A stretch of DNA of 64,000 bases, taken from positions 3,429 through 67,428 of the forward strand of contig QIJH01000218.1 of NCBI GenBank assembly GCA_003232725.1, given 5' to 3'. The notes under the pieces are model-generated. The model searched no databases, was not told the origin of the DNA, and saw nothing but the letters and a program-made list of their open reading frames with translations. Position 1 is the stretch's first letter. Every line of letters begins with the position of its first letter. Below, piece after piece: positions 63,640 to 64,000 of the stretch. Position numbers and translations under genes: made by a program. This DNA comes from Chromatiaceae bacterium. Lineage in GTDB: Bacteria; Pseudomonadota; Gammaproteobacteria; SZUA-140.

Positions 63640-64000
63640 GTGAATGCATCTTCAGAAAATGCTATTCCAACTCGCAGTAAATCACGCGTCTCGCTCGCTC
63701 GTAGTTTATTTTTATGGTTTTTACTGCTGTCACTACTGCCAATGACACTAACCGCATGGATGGGGTATCGTCAAGCAAGTAATGGACTTCACGAAACCGT
63801 CTCAAAAAAACTTGAGCAAGACGCCCGAGACAGTGCAAGATTTGTCCGTAACTGGTTTAACTACCGCTTTATGGATATCAACAGCCAGGCGGAAAATCAA
63901 CGTAATGCCGACTTCCTAACATCCTTAAAAAAAGAATATAAAGCCAGCCGTAGCAGCCTCGCTGAGTTTACCAAAAGCGAACGTTGGCGAACACTAGTAA
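63640..64000 (+). CDS. membrane sensor protein, N-terminal part (3' end outside window)
   Basis: GTG start. ...SRVSLARSLFLWFLLLSLLPMTLTAWMGY TM helix, then periplasmic-type region. Truncated by the window end. Confidence 0.35.
   Translation, partial: MNASSENAIPTRSKSRVSLARSLFLWFLLLSLLPMTLTAWMGYRQASNGLHETVSKKLEQDARDSARFVRNWFNYRFMDINSQAENQRNADFLTSLKKEYKASRSSLAEFTKSERWRTLV

Overview
This 64 kb window looks like a gammaproteobacterial chromosome segment. Six conserved E. coli/Pseudomonas-like blocks support that: dnaG-rpoD-tRNA-Ile2(CAU); yibN-like rhodanese-secB-gpsA; gpmI-envC-ctpA-yibQ; DUF971-ubiE-ubiJ-ubiB next to hslVU; dapF-yigA(DUF484)-xerC; miaB-ybeZ-ybeY-corC-lnt. These core blocks are interrupted by more AT-rich accessory DNA. 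The largest accessory segment runs from about 34.6 to 48.8 kb, between the cytochrome-c-peroxidase terminator and lnt, and contains the most unusual feature in the window. That feature is a tightly packed plus-strand operon (35.0-39.9 kb): a TPR-like protein, a receiver(REC)-like protein, a small Ras/MglA-like GTPase, a translationally coupled roadblock-like protein, a Roadblock/LC7 (MglB-like) protein, a stand-alone Aer-type FAD-PAS redox sensor and a signal-peptide-less PhnD-like binding protein. It converges on a HAMP/class-III adenylate cyclase + TPR lipoprotein operon, and is followed by a GAF protein and an N-terminal-rhodanese/ThiF E1-like enzyme. The architecture resembles the Myxococcus MglA/MglB/RomR polarity module, but embedded in redox/cNMP signalling, and is a candidate undescribed GTPase-based signalling system. 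The same segment carries a gene-decay zone: a yceI pseudogene with frameshifts (one in a T7 homopolymer), a GNAT pseudogene with a single TGG->TGA nonsense codon, and a LuxR-HTH remnant with an in-frame TAG. A MITE-like inverted-repeat element occurs twice (21.0 kb and 46.4 kb). Three otherwise intact conserved genes (envC, DUF971, ubiE) each show a short (about 16-22 nt) deletion near the 3' end, with the conserved C-terminus readable in a different frame; these are either real lesions or assembly errors. Other points: a truncated Fic remnant beside tRNA-Ile2, a degenerate GGGEF diguanylate cyclase, and an orphan GspE/MshE-family ATPase convergent with a MinD/FlhG-like ATPase that has a long C-terminal extension. 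No rRNA, CRISPR array, intact transposase or integrase was seen. All calls come from reading translations and remembered family signatures; no database search was possible.
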